Positions 10,024 to 20,619 of a DNA stretch of 64,000 nucleotides are shown here, one piece after another; position 1 is the first letter of the stretch, and each line of letters opens with the position of its first letter. The stretch comes from Nitrosopumilus sp. (GTDB lineage: Archaea; Thermoproteota; Nitrososphaeria; Nitrososphaerales; Nitrosopumilaceae). The position numbers and the translations under genes were made by a program. The notes beneath the pieces are model-generated. The model did no database searches. It was not told the origin of the DNA and worked only from the letters and a program-made list of their open reading frames with translations. Where the stretch lies: positions 1,600,001-1,664,000 of the forward strand of contig OZ244650.1 in assembly GCA_965218785.1 (NCBI GenBank), written 5' to 3'.

Positions 10024-12750
10024 TTGTATAGTATTATGAAAAAATATGCCTTATTTGCCATATCTATGACATTTCTGATCTCTCTTGCCTATTTTGCGCC
10101 TGCATCTCACGCACAGGAAAACCCCAATCTGTATGTTTCAGCAGAAAATACGTCATCTGAGAATCATTTTGCAGGTCCCATGGTAATTGAAGTGATGGTT
10201 GATGATTCTGACATTTCAAGTTTAACTCGTTCCGGACAGGAACCTGACGTGACAATTGACAACAGAAAACTGAGTATGGTTCAAGCAGATGACGGAAAAT
10301 GGTACGGTTATTTTGCAGACAAGACCCAGGCGCAAAAGGCTGATTCACTGGTGGGACTTTTAGGAGACGGTCTGGATTTTGGTAAAATGTGCAGTAGTGA
10401 TTCTTCCATAGCAGGAATGGATTTATCAGATACTTCGGGATTTGCAATTCCAAGGGATATCTCTTCTGGCTCTAATGGTCAGGAAGCATTTGTTACATGT
10501 ACGGGGGAAATCTCATCCTCTGATCAAATCATCAACAATGTCGTACGAGTGGCACCGGCACTTAACACGGAGGCAAGCACCACCGGACAGACAGGTATTG
10601 ACACGAACGCTTGGCCGTTAATACAGCTGTTTGACATTGGACCCAGAGGTGATATAGATATAAAATATAAAAAGACCAGCGGCACCCAACTGGTAAACCT
10701 GAAATTTGATACCGTTGATGAATTTGCCATGATAACACTAGATAAGATGTCATATCGTCCCGGAGCTGATATCAAAATAGATATTTCAGATCTCATATTA
10801 AACATAGATCCTACAGATGAGGATTCTTGGACATGGGCTTCAGCATCAGATGAAGGTGGAATCTATTACCAGTTATTTGATAAAGACGGAACCAACAGTG
10901 CAGACGGAACAGACGGCGCATTTAACATTCAGGTTGAAGGGAATTTAGCAGCCATGATGTTTGACGATAGTGGAAAGTTCATTTTAAACCCAAATCCATA
11001 CAGAGCTACTAACGCCGTCACTATTTTACAGGACAATGATTATACCGTCTTGGAGGACAAGGACACCACAGATGACACAATAGATTTGGGAACAGACACC
11101 ATATCTCATACCCATTATCCAATAACATTTACTGAGACGGCTATCAATTCCGGATTATTTGTAAATTATGACGGAGAAGATACTGCAAACTTGATAGTTA
11201 ACCCAGAGGCAGAATCTGGAGAATCTGCCCTAGTTACCTACAATAAAAAATCCCTCTCCATAATAGTGCAAAGTGGCTCCCCGCCAACTGCATTAGACTA
11301 CTCTAAGGACGTGGACAAAGACACACCCGTATCATTTACAGTAATCAATAATAGCACCGATCCGAACGGCGATATGCTGCAAGTCACAGTTTCTGGCGTA
11401 AATGAACTTGAGGGATCTGCCACAGTAGGCAGCAGCAACAACACGATAACATTTACCCCTATTTCGGGATTTCTTGGTACGAGCACATTTGAATATATGA
11501 TTGACGATCTTATTGACGGAAATGATACCGGAACCATTACAGTAACTACCAAGTCCAGTGCAATCGCAGCATCCATTAATCAAATTACCGTAAATAGTGA
11601 CAAATCCACTTATGACGTGGGTGGGACAATAGATGCAGACTGGGTCATTCCTGATGATTCTTCAGGAACAGATACGACAATTGAGATTATCTCGCCGATT
11701 GGAACTACTCCCATAAGTAATGTACTTACTGAGGGCACGACATATTCGATAAGCGAGACTGGTGATTTTGATGCAGGCATGTATACGATCAGAGTCGAGC
11801 ATGGGCAGTATTATGGTGAAAAATCCGTCACGTTTGCATTACCTGGAGAAACAGACACCCCAACAGATACAGAACAGGTCACGGAGGCCATACCGGACTC
11901 TTGTATGGCTGACTCTAAAATTTCAATTCGTTTGGGCGATACATCATATGCCAAGGGCGACAAAATATCCGTTGTAGTAGAACTTTGTGGTGTTGTTTCT
12001 GATGAATATGTCGCTATACAAATTTTAGAACCTTCCGGCAATCCAATAACTATAGACCAGATTCTACCTAAAACCAGTAATTTTACCAAAGAATATTCCA
12101 CAGATAGCAAACAGTTGAAACCAGATGTGGAATATACCATTAAAAGCACGTATTTGAAAAATACAGCAAAATTAACATTTGAATTAGATCCTCCTTCTTC
12201 TTCTTCTTCTTCTCCTACTACCCCTACTGCTCCTACTACCCCCCAAGAAACTCCAACTGTTGAACCGGTAGAAACCATTGCACAGTTTGTAGATCCCGAT
12301 AAAGATCCACAGCACTATGTTGACAGATACAACAATGAAGAATCATACAAGAAATGGTTCGATACAAACTATGATCAATATGATTCAATTTATGAGGCTG
12401 TTGGAGTAGATGAATCCGCTACACCAAATACGCCGGATCCTAGCAACAACATTCCTACTACTACTCCAGAAACCCCGCCTAGAATCGAATCCAAAGAACA
12501 GACATGTGAGGCAGGAACTGAATTGGTAAATGGAGTATGTCAGGTAGTTGGTACAGACGAGGAACCAACATGCGGTGCTGGGACTGAATTGGTAAATGGA
12601 ATATGTCAGGTAGTTGGTACAAATGAGAAACCGGCATGCGGTGCTGGGACTGAATTGGTAAATGGAATATGTCAGGTAGTTGGTACAGATGAGGAAGGCT
12701 CGTTTTTTGAAAATATTTTCGGATTTTTCAAAACATTGTTTGATAGATAA
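10024..12750 (+). CDS. Large secreted/surface protein: thaumarchaeal N-terminal surface domain, cadherin/Ig-like domains, Pro/Thr linker, Cys repeats
   Basis: Signal peptide; NLYVSAEN...WYGYFAD; DPNGDML...TFTP...FEYMIDD Ig-like motif; FVDPDKDPQHYVDRY domain; likely start ATG at MKKY. Confidence 0.85.
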   Translation: MYSIMKKYALFAISMTFLISLAYFAPASHAQENPNLYVSAENTSSENHFAGPMVIEVMVDDSDISSLTRSGQEPDVTIDNRKLSMVQADDGKWYGYFADKTQAQKADSLVGLLGDGLDFGKMCSSDSSIAGMDLSDTSGFAIPRDISSGSNGQEAFVTCTGEISSSDQIINNVVRVAPALNTEASTTGQTGIDTNAWPLIQLFDIGPRGDIDIKYKKTSGTQLVNLKFDTVDEFAMITLDKMSYRPGADIKIDISDLILNIDPTDEDSWTWASASDEGGIYYQLFDKDGTNSADGTDGAFNIQVEGNLAAMMFDDSGKFILNPNPYRATNAVTILQDNDYTVLEDKDTTDDTIDLGTDTISHTHYPITFTETAINSGLFVNYDGEDTANLIVNPEAESGESALVTYNKKSLSIIVQSGSPPTALDYSKDVDKDTPVSFTVINNSTDPNGDMLQVTVSGVNELEGSATVGSSNNTITFTPISGFLGTSTFEYMIDDLIDGNDTGTITVTTKSSAIAASINQITVNSDKSTYDVGGTIDADWVIPDDSSGTDTTIEIISPIGTTPISNVLTEGTTYSISETGDFDAGMYTIRVEHGQYYGEKSVTFALPGETDTPTDTEQVTEAIPDSCMADSKISIRLGDTSYAKGDKISVVVELCGVVSDEYVAIQILEPSGNPITIDQILPKTSNFTKEYSTDSKQLKPDVEYTIKSTYLKNTAKLTFELDPPSSSSSSPTTPTAPTTPQETPTVEPVETIAQFVDPDKDPQHYVDRYNNEESYKKWFDTNYDQYDSIYEAVGVDESATPNTPDPSNNIPTTTPETPPRIESKEQTCEAGTELVNGVCQVVGTDEEPTCGAGTELVNGICQVVGTNEKPACGAGTELVNGICQVVGTDEEGSFFENIFGFFKTLFDR
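12502..12697 (+). repeat. Three 66 bp tandem coding repeats (TCGAGTELVNGICQVVGTDEEP)
   Basis: Visible in both DNA and protein. Confidence 0.9.
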
Positions 12751-12867
12751 TCTGCAATTCATTTAATTTGCATACCGGACTAATCCCAGCCAAATAACCC
12801 GGGTTTGATGGGGCAAAAAACAGCATACCTGTGATCGTGATATCATGATTTGGGCTGATCTAATGTG

Positions 12868-12981
12868 TGCCGGGGGCGAGTTTCGAACTCGCGACCTCCA
12901 GATTATGAGTATTGCCTTAGTTGGAGAACCGCTAGAGTTTACCAATGAACTGGCACTCTAACCAGGCTGAGCTACCCCGGC
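12868..12981 (-). tRNA. tRNA-Met(CAT), probably elongator, with 39 nt intron (12911-12949) at non-canonical position 30/31
   Basis: GCCGGGG acceptor stem, D arm, CCAG|A-CTCATAA-TCTGG anticodon arm after splicing, GTTCGAA T-loop; BHB-like motif with TGCC/GGCA central helix. Confidence 0.9.
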
Positions 12982-13026
12982 ATGTATATGCCTAAAAAAT
13001 TTGGGAAATTAAATGATTCTAAAACA

Positions 13027-14703
13027 CTACGCCTGTTTGATATTTTTCCACGCAATATTTTCGCTCTTGACCCAGAGGAACTTTTTTTGCAAGGCAGACG
13101 TATACAATTTCTCCCATTCTGCACCCATTTCATCAGTCCATGCCTTGAGAACACGCGGATCTATGTAATTTCTCAGAGATGTTCCAAGATTATAGTCTCT
13201 GGTTTTTTCAGACAGGTCTATTTGTAACTTTAATTTCTCCACCCTGTCTTCGTGTCTTTGCTTTTGGTTTTTGATCTGTATATTTAATTTCTTAATTCTC
13301 TTGATCTTGTTTTTCTTTTGAGTGGCAGTTTTAGGCTTGGATGACTGGGCTTTTTTGAGGGCATCCCGGGATTTCTTTGAGGGATCCTCGCCTCGAATCC
13401 TTTTGAGGGTGACCCGCTTTTTTTCCAATGACTGCTCAAATGTCTTTGGAATGGTTCTCTTGTGATTGCACATTTTAGCCGCTTCGAGGTTTGCCATTTT
13501 TGCATGATATAGTTTCTCATTTGCGCTCTTTTCTTTCACGTTATCATGTTTTGCAAGATGGCCCTTGACAACAGTTGTTGCCAAGTATGTTCTAAAGACT
13601 TTGGCAGTCAGTTCCTTTACAATGCCTGAATAATATGCATTAACATGTCTTGATGTAATGTTGTCAAAAATCTCGTCTCTTGGTTTTTTCTTTTCTACAA
13701 GTCTTTTGAGGTTCTCCTGAAATTGTTTATCATGACCCTGCGCTATCATTGTTTCCTTCCATCTGACGCTGTCTTTTCCTAGAAAATCAAACTCTATTGT
13801 ATCGGCGGTAATTTTGATGTGTTCCTTTCGCAAAGTTGTAGCACCTACTGTATCTGCCTCATCCGGATCTTTTTCGTCCCCCACCCTCATCGCAGTCCTA
13901 TAAATCAAATAACACACAGTGGAGATTCTGCTGATTTTTTGATCCTTGCTTTTCATGTCTTTTACAATCCTGTCTTTTATCTTCTCAATTTCGTTTGCAA
14001 GTTTCACTGCCTTTTCGTACTTTGCCTTGTCCCTGTCTTGCTTTAGCCCCGCCGTATCTGCCAGCCAGACATACTTTCTTTTCTGGGTTAGAAAATCCAT
14101 CCAGCTTGCAAGCCACATCGAATCACCGTCATAGATTATCTTGCCCCATTTGCCTTCAGGTGTCTTTGCATTTTTTCCAAGGTTTAGTGTTACATCTTTT
14201 GCAGTGACCCGTGGCTTCCATTTTCCTCTTAGTGGGTGCTCCCCCCTGCCAATGAAGATTCCAGGAGGCTCTGCCATATAGTTTCCAACCTCAACTTTTT
14301 CTCCATCCATGATGGCAATTCCGTATTTGCTCTTTAGATCTTCTCGTATCTTTTTTCTATCTACAGCAAGTGATTTTTTTGCTTCTTTGCTCATCATATC
14401 CTTGCGGTCCTTTTCCTTGTCAACTATTTTGTAGGCGTTTGAAAAATCAATATCCCCATATGAGATCTTTTTGAATTTTGAATCTAGGGTTTTGGCAAAA
14501 TCCGCTGTAAAGTTTTTTTGAAAAACTTTGTCTTTGGCATATATAGTATCCTTCTTTTTTGCCCACTGATAGACCATCTCCTCCTGATTTAGATCAAGAC
14601 TGACGCCTTCTCCCTTGATCTTTATCTTGATCCCCCGAGTCTCATATGCAGGTGGAAATAAGATTCCGTTGTGTTGTAATTTTTTCCATGTCATTTTTTT
14701 CAC
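13027..14703 (-). CDS. DNA topoisomerase IB (eukaryote-like)
   Basis: WKKLQHNG, EPPGIFIGRGEHP, RVGDEKD, FDFLGKDS, KVFRTY, CNH, TSLRNYIDPR catalytic Tyr. Confidence 0.95.
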   Translation of the reverse strand: MKKMTWKKLQHNGILFPPAYETRGIKIKIKGEGVSLDLNQEEMVYQWAKKKDTIYAKDKVFQKNFTADFAKTLDSKFKKISYGDIDFSNAYKIVDKEKDRKDMMSKEAKKSLAVDRKKIREDLKSKYGIAIMDGEKVEVGNYMAEPPGIFIGRGEHPLRGKWKPRVTAKDVTLNLGKNAKTPEGKWGKIIYDGDSMWLASWMDFLTQKRKYVWLADTAGLKQDRDKAKYEKAVKLANEIEKIKDRIVKDMKSKDQKISRISTVCYLIYRTAMRVGDEKDPDEADTVGATTLRKEHIKITADTIEFDFLGKDSVRWKETMIAQGHDKQFQENLKRLVEKKKPRDEIFDNITSRHVNAYYSGIVKELTAKVFRTYLATTVVKGHLAKHDNVKEKSANEKLYHAKMANLEAAKMCNHKRTIPKTFEQSLEKKRVTLKRIRGEDPSKKSRDALKKAQSSKPKTATQKKNKIKRIKKLNIQIKNQKQRHEDRVEKLKLQIDLSEKTRDYNLGTSLRNYIDPRVLKAWTDEMGAEWEKLYTSALQKKFLWVKSENIAWKNIKQA

Positions 14704-14768
14704 TTTAAAATTGAATTTTGATAAAACTGGATTCTATGCGTATATCAATTTAACGTAAGGGTGCAAAG

Positions 14769-15599
14769 TCAGCCAGGAAACAGCTCCTTACTCATGTATT
14801 TCTCAAATTCCACGTCTGTTTTCATCTTTTTTGCTTCCAAAAACATGGCCGCATCAGTTCCCACGGTATATCTGGTCAAAATCTCATCATCATGGATTGC
14901 CTTGATTACGGCATCTGCCACTTGGGATGGCGCAGTGCCCATCTCGGCCATCATTTTAAGACCTGTAAGAATATGATCCGTCAATTTCTTGTATTTGGGA
15001 TCAGTTTTAGGCTCAGAGATTTTTATTGAATTAAAAAAGTTTGTCTTGACTACTCCGGGTTCGATTAGCGTGGTTTTGATTCCAAACTGGCCAAGCTCAT
15101 ATCTTAAACATTCGCTTAGTCCTTCTAGGGCAAATTTTGTGCTGATATACGCCGAGGAGCCTGGTAGGCCCATTCTCCCGACAACTGAACTGATGTTTAC
15201 TATGATTCCTGAATTCTGGCTTCTCATGATTGGCGCAGCTTCCTGAATGATTCTTACAATGCCAAAAAAGTTGGTTTCAAACTGTTTTCTAAAATCATCA
15301 ATTGAGACGTCCTCTGTACATCCAAACTCCATGTATCCTGCGTTATTTACCAAAACATCCAGTCTTTGAGCATCAGAAACCACTTTTTTGACTCCTGCAA
15401 CTATTGATTCCTCCTTGTCCACATCCAATTCCATTATCTCAATTGGAAGACTCTCTTTTTTTGCCGCATGTTCTAATTCCACGGCTTTGCTGAGATCCCT
15501 CATGCTTGCAAAAGTATGATAACCGTCTCTTGCCAGCGCTAGTGCCGTTTCCAATCCTATTCCAGACGAGCTGCCCGTAACAAGAGCTACTTTTTCCAT
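14769..15599 (-). CDS. Short-chain dehydrogenase/reductase
   Basis: TGSSSGIG, NNAG, YxxxK (YISTK). Confidence 0.92.
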   Translation of the reverse strand: MEKVALVTGSSSGIGLETALALARDGYHTFASMRDLSKAVELEHAAKKESLPIEIMELDVDKEESIVAGVKKVVSDAQRLDVLVNNAGYMEFGCTEDVSIDDFRKQFETNFFGIVRIIQEAAPIMRSQNSGIIVNISSVVGRMGLPGSSAYISTKFALEGLSECLRYELGQFGIKTTLIEPGVVKTNFFNSIKISEPKTDPKYKKLTDHILTGLKMMAEMGTAPSQVADAVIKAIHDDEILTRYTVGTDAAMFLEAKKMKTDVEFEKYMSKELFPG

Positions 15600-15641
15600 G
15601 ATTGTGCTGGATTTTTACCATATTTATCCCATCTTGCCTAT

Positions 15642-18152
15642 CTATACTAGGGGTCTGTCCCCTTCAGCGGGATCAACTAACTCTGTTTTTTCACCGTTGT
15701 TGATTCTCTCTAAAATCTCCAATGCAGAATGTTTGTGTAAATACTCGTTGTTGTTTCCACATCGGTACGAAAATGTGCATCTCGGACATCCGGATTCATT
15801 TTGACACGGACACTCCCTTACAATATGCATGCTTCGCTCAAGTGCCTTTTCGAACCTGTCATACAATGCCTTGCTTGCACCGCTTCCCCCTATTGCGCCA
15901 TCATAAATGAAGATCAGACCCGAAGTACCCAGTGATATTCCCCCCAGATCCCGGGATACCCCTCCCGTAATCATGTTACTTCCTTCAATTACAACATGTT
16001 CTGTTGCATGATATCCGCTGGCCTCAGCATATTGCTCATCTTCTGCATCCCCGATAACCTTGAGCGGTCTTGGCGCGTGAAAGACGATTCCCTTTGTAAT
16101 AAAATCATATTCCAAGGGGGTATCTAGCATCACCTTTTGCCCCTGAGTGATATCCTGTCCTAGTTCTATGTTGATGTAACCGTAAACCTTCTTCTCTATG
16201 TGTAATTTACAGAATGCGACCTGCACACCGTTTGCCCTTCTTCGCTCAAAGACTGTCTCAATTGTCGGCCATTCTTCTGTAAGTGATTTCGTGTAATATG
16301 GATAGTCTCTTGGAATTCTTTCTAGTTTTGCATGATTTTTTTCTGGATAATCAAACTCTTTTACCTTATAGCGAATACCTGCCAAAAAATAGATGGCATC
16401 CTTGTGTAACTCCTCTAATGCAATCGGCAGCACCCTGTCACCCACCTTTTTCCCACCTAAGAAAATATCAATTGATTTGCCAATACCGCGAATACTATAG
16501 TCATTTAGCATGGAATTTATTTTATCAAGGTTTGGAATAATCCTATTGTTGAATTCCTTGAGATTCCCCTGGAGTATGTGTCCTTTGATGACTTGTTGAT
16601 GTTCTTTTAATTCGTGTTTTGAGATTGGTCTGTCGTATGCCATTGCCAATATCTGAAATTCCTCAACAAACGGATTCCTTGGGTCGATGTATGTTTTTTC
16701 AACATCTTCAAAGTAATCATCGGGATGGTTCTTGTAGTATTGGGAGATGGGGTCATTTCCCAACACCAAAAACGCATATCCCCTCTGCCCCTTTCTTGCA
16801 GCCCTGCCGATTCTTTGAATCAGCCTGTTTACAGGAATGGTAGATGATATGACACAGTCAACATTTCCCACATCTATGCCCAGTTCAAGCGTGGGAGTAC
16901 ACGAAATTGCCTGTAAATCATCATTTTTGAACTGTCTTTCTACGGATGTTCTGTAATTTGCCATCAGTCCCGCCCTGTGAACCTTGATGTCAACTTTATG
17001 TTTTTTTGCCTGAATCGCTAACAACTCGGAATTCAGATGGGAGTTGTTAAACACCATTGTCTTGTGGTTTTTTTGGGTCAGCTTCTTTGTCAGCTCCACC
17101 ATCAAGGCCCTTTGTGTCCGAAGCGATGGAAACAGCATCGCAAAATCCGTCTTGCCTTTTTTACCGGATCCCCGGATTTGTTGCATTTTTTCCCCAAACA
17201 ACTGCCTACAGAACTCTTTTGAATCATCTAGCGTGGCAGATGCTGCCACAAACTGTAATTTGTTGCTACAGATTCTTTTGAGTCTTTTTATGATGTAATG
17301 TACGTTGGAGCCGAAAATTCCCGAATAGACATGAGCCTCGTCAGTCACAAGAATTCTAGTTGATGCAAGCAGTGATGAAAATTTTGTCTGATGCCACATG
17401 TGATAATGTAAAATATCAAAATTCGTAACTAGTATGTGCGGGGGATTGTCAGTTATCTTTGTTCTATCTGCCAGATTTGTATCCCCGTCAAACACACCTA
17501 CTTTGATTCCAGCCGCATCTGCAAACTTTTGGATTTTCGGATACTGGTCTCTGGATAATGCCTTTGTCGGATATACAAAGATCGCAAAGACGTTTCCATC
17601 ACTTGCCTCCTTTTTTATTTTCTGAACCACCGGAATCAAAAATGCCTCTGTCTTTCCAGATGCAGTCGGCGCTTCAATTACGATGTTTTCTCCAAATAAT
17701 ATCTCCTGAATTGATTCCTCCTGAAACTTGTAAAATTGATTTATCTTTAATTCCTTGAGATGCCCGGTAATTGATTCATCCAATCCCAAATCCTCCACTT
17801 TACAGCCCTTTTCAGGCTCTGGATTGCTCAAAACCTTGTATTGCGAGATATAGTCTTTTCTTGAAAACAGGATTTCCTCTGTAATCTTATCTGGGTTGTT
17901 ATCCCCGATCATTTGTCTTATTTCAGCTTCTTCTCGGACTATTCCACCGTCTTTTAGGCTATCAGATAATCCTTTTTCTGAGACCATGCCCCGATCAAAT
18001 CTTGAAAGAAACTCCAGAAACACCTCATCGATATTTTTTGAGAATTCCAGCAGATCCTCGATGCCGCATTTTTCACACGAGACATGCATTTTTTTGTTGA
18101 ATGTCTTTTGAATTTCTACTTTTGACTTGCATTTTGGACATGAAAATTTCAA
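15642..18152 (-). CDS. DEAH-box helicase, Hrq1/SftH-like with C-terminal DUF1998 Zn site
   Basis: APTASGKT, DEAH, SAT, QRIGRAAR, CPCQNESGCPRC. Confidence 0.88.
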   Translation of the reverse strand: MKFSCPKCKSKVEIQKTFNKKMHVSCEKCGIEDLLEFSKNIDEVFLEFLSRFDRGMVSEKGLSDSLKDGGIVREEAEIRQMIGDNNPDKITEEILFSRKDYISQYKVLSNPEPEKGCKVEDLGLDESITGHLKELKINQFYKFQEESIQEILFGENIVIEAPTASGKTEAFLIPVVQKIKKEASDGNVFAIFVYPTKALSRDQYPKIQKFADAAGIKVGVFDGDTNLADRTKITDNPPHILVTNFDILHYHMWHQTKFSSLLASTRILVTDEAHVYSGIFGSNVHYIIKRLKRICSNKLQFVAASATLDDSKEFCRQLFGEKMQQIRGSGKKGKTDFAMLFPSLRTQRALMVELTKKLTQKNHKTMVFNNSHLNSELLAIQAKKHKVDIKVHRAGLMANYRTSVERQFKNDDLQAISCTPTLELGIDVGNVDCVISSTIPVNRLIQRIGRAARKGQRGYAFLVLGNDPISQYYKNHPDDYFEDVEKTYIDPRNPFVEEFQILAMAYDRPISKHELKEHQQVIKGHILQGNLKEFNNRIIPNLDKINSMLNDYSIRGIGKSIDIFLGGKKVGDRVLPIALEELHKDAIYFLAGIRYKVKEFDYPEKNHAKLERIPRDYPYYTKSLTEEWPTIETVFERRRANGVQVAFCKLHIEKKVYGYINIELGQDITQGQKVMLDTPLEYDFITKGIVFHAPRPLKVIGDAEDEQYAEASGYHATEHVVIEGSNMITGGVSRDLGGISLGTSGLIFIYDGAIGGSGASKALYDRFEKALERSMHIVRECPCQNESGCPRCTFSYRCGNNNEYLHKHSALEILERINNGEKTELVDPAEGDRPLV

Positions 18153-18245
18153 GATCTATTTGTAGGGATATGGCTGGGGATTTATTGTTTAATCATCGCC
18201 ACAAACAGTGGATTATTATGCCAGAAAACAGTCCTGAATCTAAAA

Positions 18246-19022
18246 ATGAAAAAAATTGATCTCAACAAAATCTATAACATGGATTGCATAAAAGGAATGA
18301 GTTCGATTCCTGAAGATAAAATTGATCTTGTGATTACTGATCCCCCATTTGCAATAAATTTCAAGGCAAAAAAGGCAAATTACAACAGGACCTCATCAAG
18401 GGTGCTGACAGGATACAACGAAATCAGGCCCGAGGAATACCATGAATTTACATCTGCATGGATGAAGCAGGTTTTTCGGATTCTAAAGGATTCGGGGAGC
18501 ATGTATGTTTTTTCAGGATGGAATAATCTCAAGGATATCCTACAGGCATTAGATGATGCTGGATTTGTCACCATCAATCATATTATTTGGAAATACCAGT
18601 TCGGTGTTGTCACCAAAAAGAAATTCGTCACATCCCACTATCACTGTCTTTATGTGTGCAAAAATGATAAAAAGCGGAAATTCTTTTCGTTTTCCAGATT
18701 CAAAAAGGATGAAAAGACAGCAGATGGAAGGAGCCTTCATTACAGGGACAAGGAAGATGTGTGGGATATCAAACGTGAATACTGGACAGGGGACCAAAAG
18801 ACTCCGACGAAGCTTCCCCTCGAACTGGTTAAAAAATTGCTGGAATACTCTAGTGAAAAAAATGACATCGTGCTTGATCCATTTCTTGGCTCGGGACAGG
18901 TTGCAGTAGTGAGCAAATCCCTTGGAAGGAAATTTCTCGGATTTGAGATTGTTCCCAAATATTATGAATTTGCTAAAGAGCGGCTGGATAAAAACATGTA
19001 CAGAATCAAGGAATCAAAATAA
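18246..19022 (+). CDS. Orphan amino-DNA methyltransferase (N4-C/N6-A, beta class)
   Basis: DPPF motif IV before DPFLGSG motif I; no adjacent endonuclease. Confidence 0.88.
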   Translation: MKKIDLNKIYNMDCIKGMSSIPEDKIDLVITDPPFAINFKAKKANYNRTSSRVLTGYNEIRPEEYHEFTSAWMKQVFRILKDSGSMYVFSGWNNLKDILQALDDAGFVTINHIIWKYQFGVVTKKKFVTSHYHCLYVCKNDKKRKFFSFSRFKKDEKTADGRSLHYRDKEDVWDIKREYWTGDQKTPTKLPLELVKKLLEYSSEKNDIVLDPFLGSGQVAVVSKSLGRKFLGFEIVPKYYEFAKERLDKNMYRIKESK

Positions 19023-19023
19023 C

Positions 19024-19371
19024 TTATTGGTTTTTTTCTGACGGGTCGGCTCTTTTCTTGCCTATTTTTTCAGATATGATCTGCCGAAGCTCATCGTCTG
19101 TTTTATCTTCAGTCTTTACGCCGACGGATTTGGCAATTGTCTCTAATTTTTTTCGCTCTGTTTCTACGGGACCTGAAATTCTGGGTGATTCTTCTGATGC
19201 CTCTTTTACCTGATCCTGAATCTCGTTTTTTGCCTTGTTGTACTCATTAACGGCTTTTCCAAGTTTCTTTGCAACACCGGGAAGCTTGCCAGTACCTAAA
19301 ATCAATACTAGTGCGACAAAAATAATAATCATCCATTCGCTTCCGGCTATGTTTAATGAATAATCAGGCAT
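19024..19371 (-). CDS. tatA: Twin-arginine translocase TatA/E
   Basis: GSEWMII...LILGTGKLPGVAKKLGKAVNEY. Confidence 0.85.
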   Translation of the reverse strand: MPDYSLNIAGSEWMIIIFVALVLILGTGKLPGVAKKLGKAVNEYNKAKNEIQDQVKEASEESPRISGPVETERKKLETIAKSVGVKTEDKTDDELRQIISEKIGKKRADPSEKNQ

Positions 19372-19907
19372 GCTTTGGAATACCTCAAATTGAAATTAAA
19401 CGTAATGTTTTCTGGTTTTACGCACAAATAATCAACTCATCTCCGAATACATGCCTCAATGTGTGATGTGACGTATCAGGTTTCAGAGTATTTTAGAACT
19501 TGATTCTGTCTAGATGTTGAAAAGTATCTGAATAGTAGATGGACATCTCTCTAAATGAGAGGGTTCTCGCATGTTTTTGCATCAGTCATGGTGTTTTACC
19601 TTCCCCCCGTCATAAGAGGGATTACCCCTCAGCTCACTCCTCTTTTTCATAATTGTTTGGGAGCGGTTCAATCTGGAAGATCCACGTTTATCCCTAGAAG
19701 ATGTTACAGAACCTCCATATCAAAGAATAATATATGAATAATGCCTTAGTAACAACAAGGTAAAGGAGAGCCTATCAGTAATCTGTGTAAATGGTCTCGC
19801 TGAAATGACTTTGGTCGTTTCACCTTTCCTCCATTATTTCCACTTTGACATACTAGGAACAACCAAATCACGATAAATTGAATCAGATGTACGTTCCCAT
19901 AATGGGT

Positions 19908-20168
19908 CTATTTGTTCATATCTGTTGTTTTTTTCTTTTTCATGATGCTGCCATACAGAGCGTGCAATAAAATCAGCACTGTATTCCCGGACAGTTCTGA
20001 AGTACAAAACTGAATGGCATTGAGTATGTTTTCCAATTTGTCATTTTTCGAAGGTTGATATAGAAAACCAGTAATATTGGTACCATGTTTTTTAAACGCC
20101 TGAATCATCCCCCGTAGTTTGATGTCGTTCTTATATTCTTCTTCATCAAAAACAACCATGCCAATCAT
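19908..20168 (-). CDS. Hypothetical protein, possibly truncated
   Basis: 86 aa ORF divergent from 20307. Confidence 0.4.
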   Translation of the reverse strand: MIGMVVFDEEEYKNDIKLRGMIQAFKKHGTNITGFLYQPSKNDKLENILNAIQFCTSELSGNTVLILLHALYGSIMKKKKTTDMNK

Positions 20169-20306
20169 ATTGTGTCGAGTAAGATGTTTTACCTCCCAAC
20201 TTGTTCAAAAAGTGTATGTATCCGAGTGTTCTCATTCTAGCGGCCCCCCCCCCCACCAATACATCTATATCTGCAAACTATCAATTGATCAATTCGGAGA
20301 TGTCAT

Positions 20307-20594
20307 GTGTTGAATTCTAAAAATCTAAAGAATGTCTATTTCATGGTTAGATGCACCAAGACCAAGCACACAAACTGCGTGTCTATGCGTAATGCAACAA
20401 TGAAGTCATCAAAAAAAATCCTGCAAGCATATACAACAGGTATTGAATTTGAAGGAACCAGATATTGTTTAACTGGAAAAGCACTAGTACAAGAAAATAA
20501 AGTCAAAGATTTTGTCGATGACTTGTGGAAAATTAAATCAAACGCTGCAAATCCAATTGGAATAAAGAATCTAAGGGTTCTGATTAGCCAATAA
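20307..20594 (+). CDS. Small hypothetical protein, possible Lrp/AsnC ligand-binding-like (ferredoxin-fold) domain
   Basis: 95 aa; alternating beta/alpha pattern. Confidence 0.55.
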   Translation: MLNSKNLKNVYFMVRCTKTKHTNCVSMRNATMKSSKKILQAYTTGIEFEGTRYCLTGKALVQENKVKDFVDDLWKIKSNAANPIGIKNLRVLISQ

Positions 20595-20619
20595 CAACTT
20601 TCATAAAATCACACATTAG

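Noticed and set aside
8900-12868. tRNA-integrated island with att duplication
   Set aside because: No second copy of the tRNA 3' end and no integrase found.
13027-14703. Topoisomerase IB as a novel or viral gene, or as the cassette recombinase
   Set aside because: Established core feature of Thaumarchaeota; nothing links it to the repeats.
19555-19737. Possible ncRNA (gaggg-gtaat-ccctc hairpin) or small ORF
   Set aside because: Single hairpin with no recognisable RNA family features.
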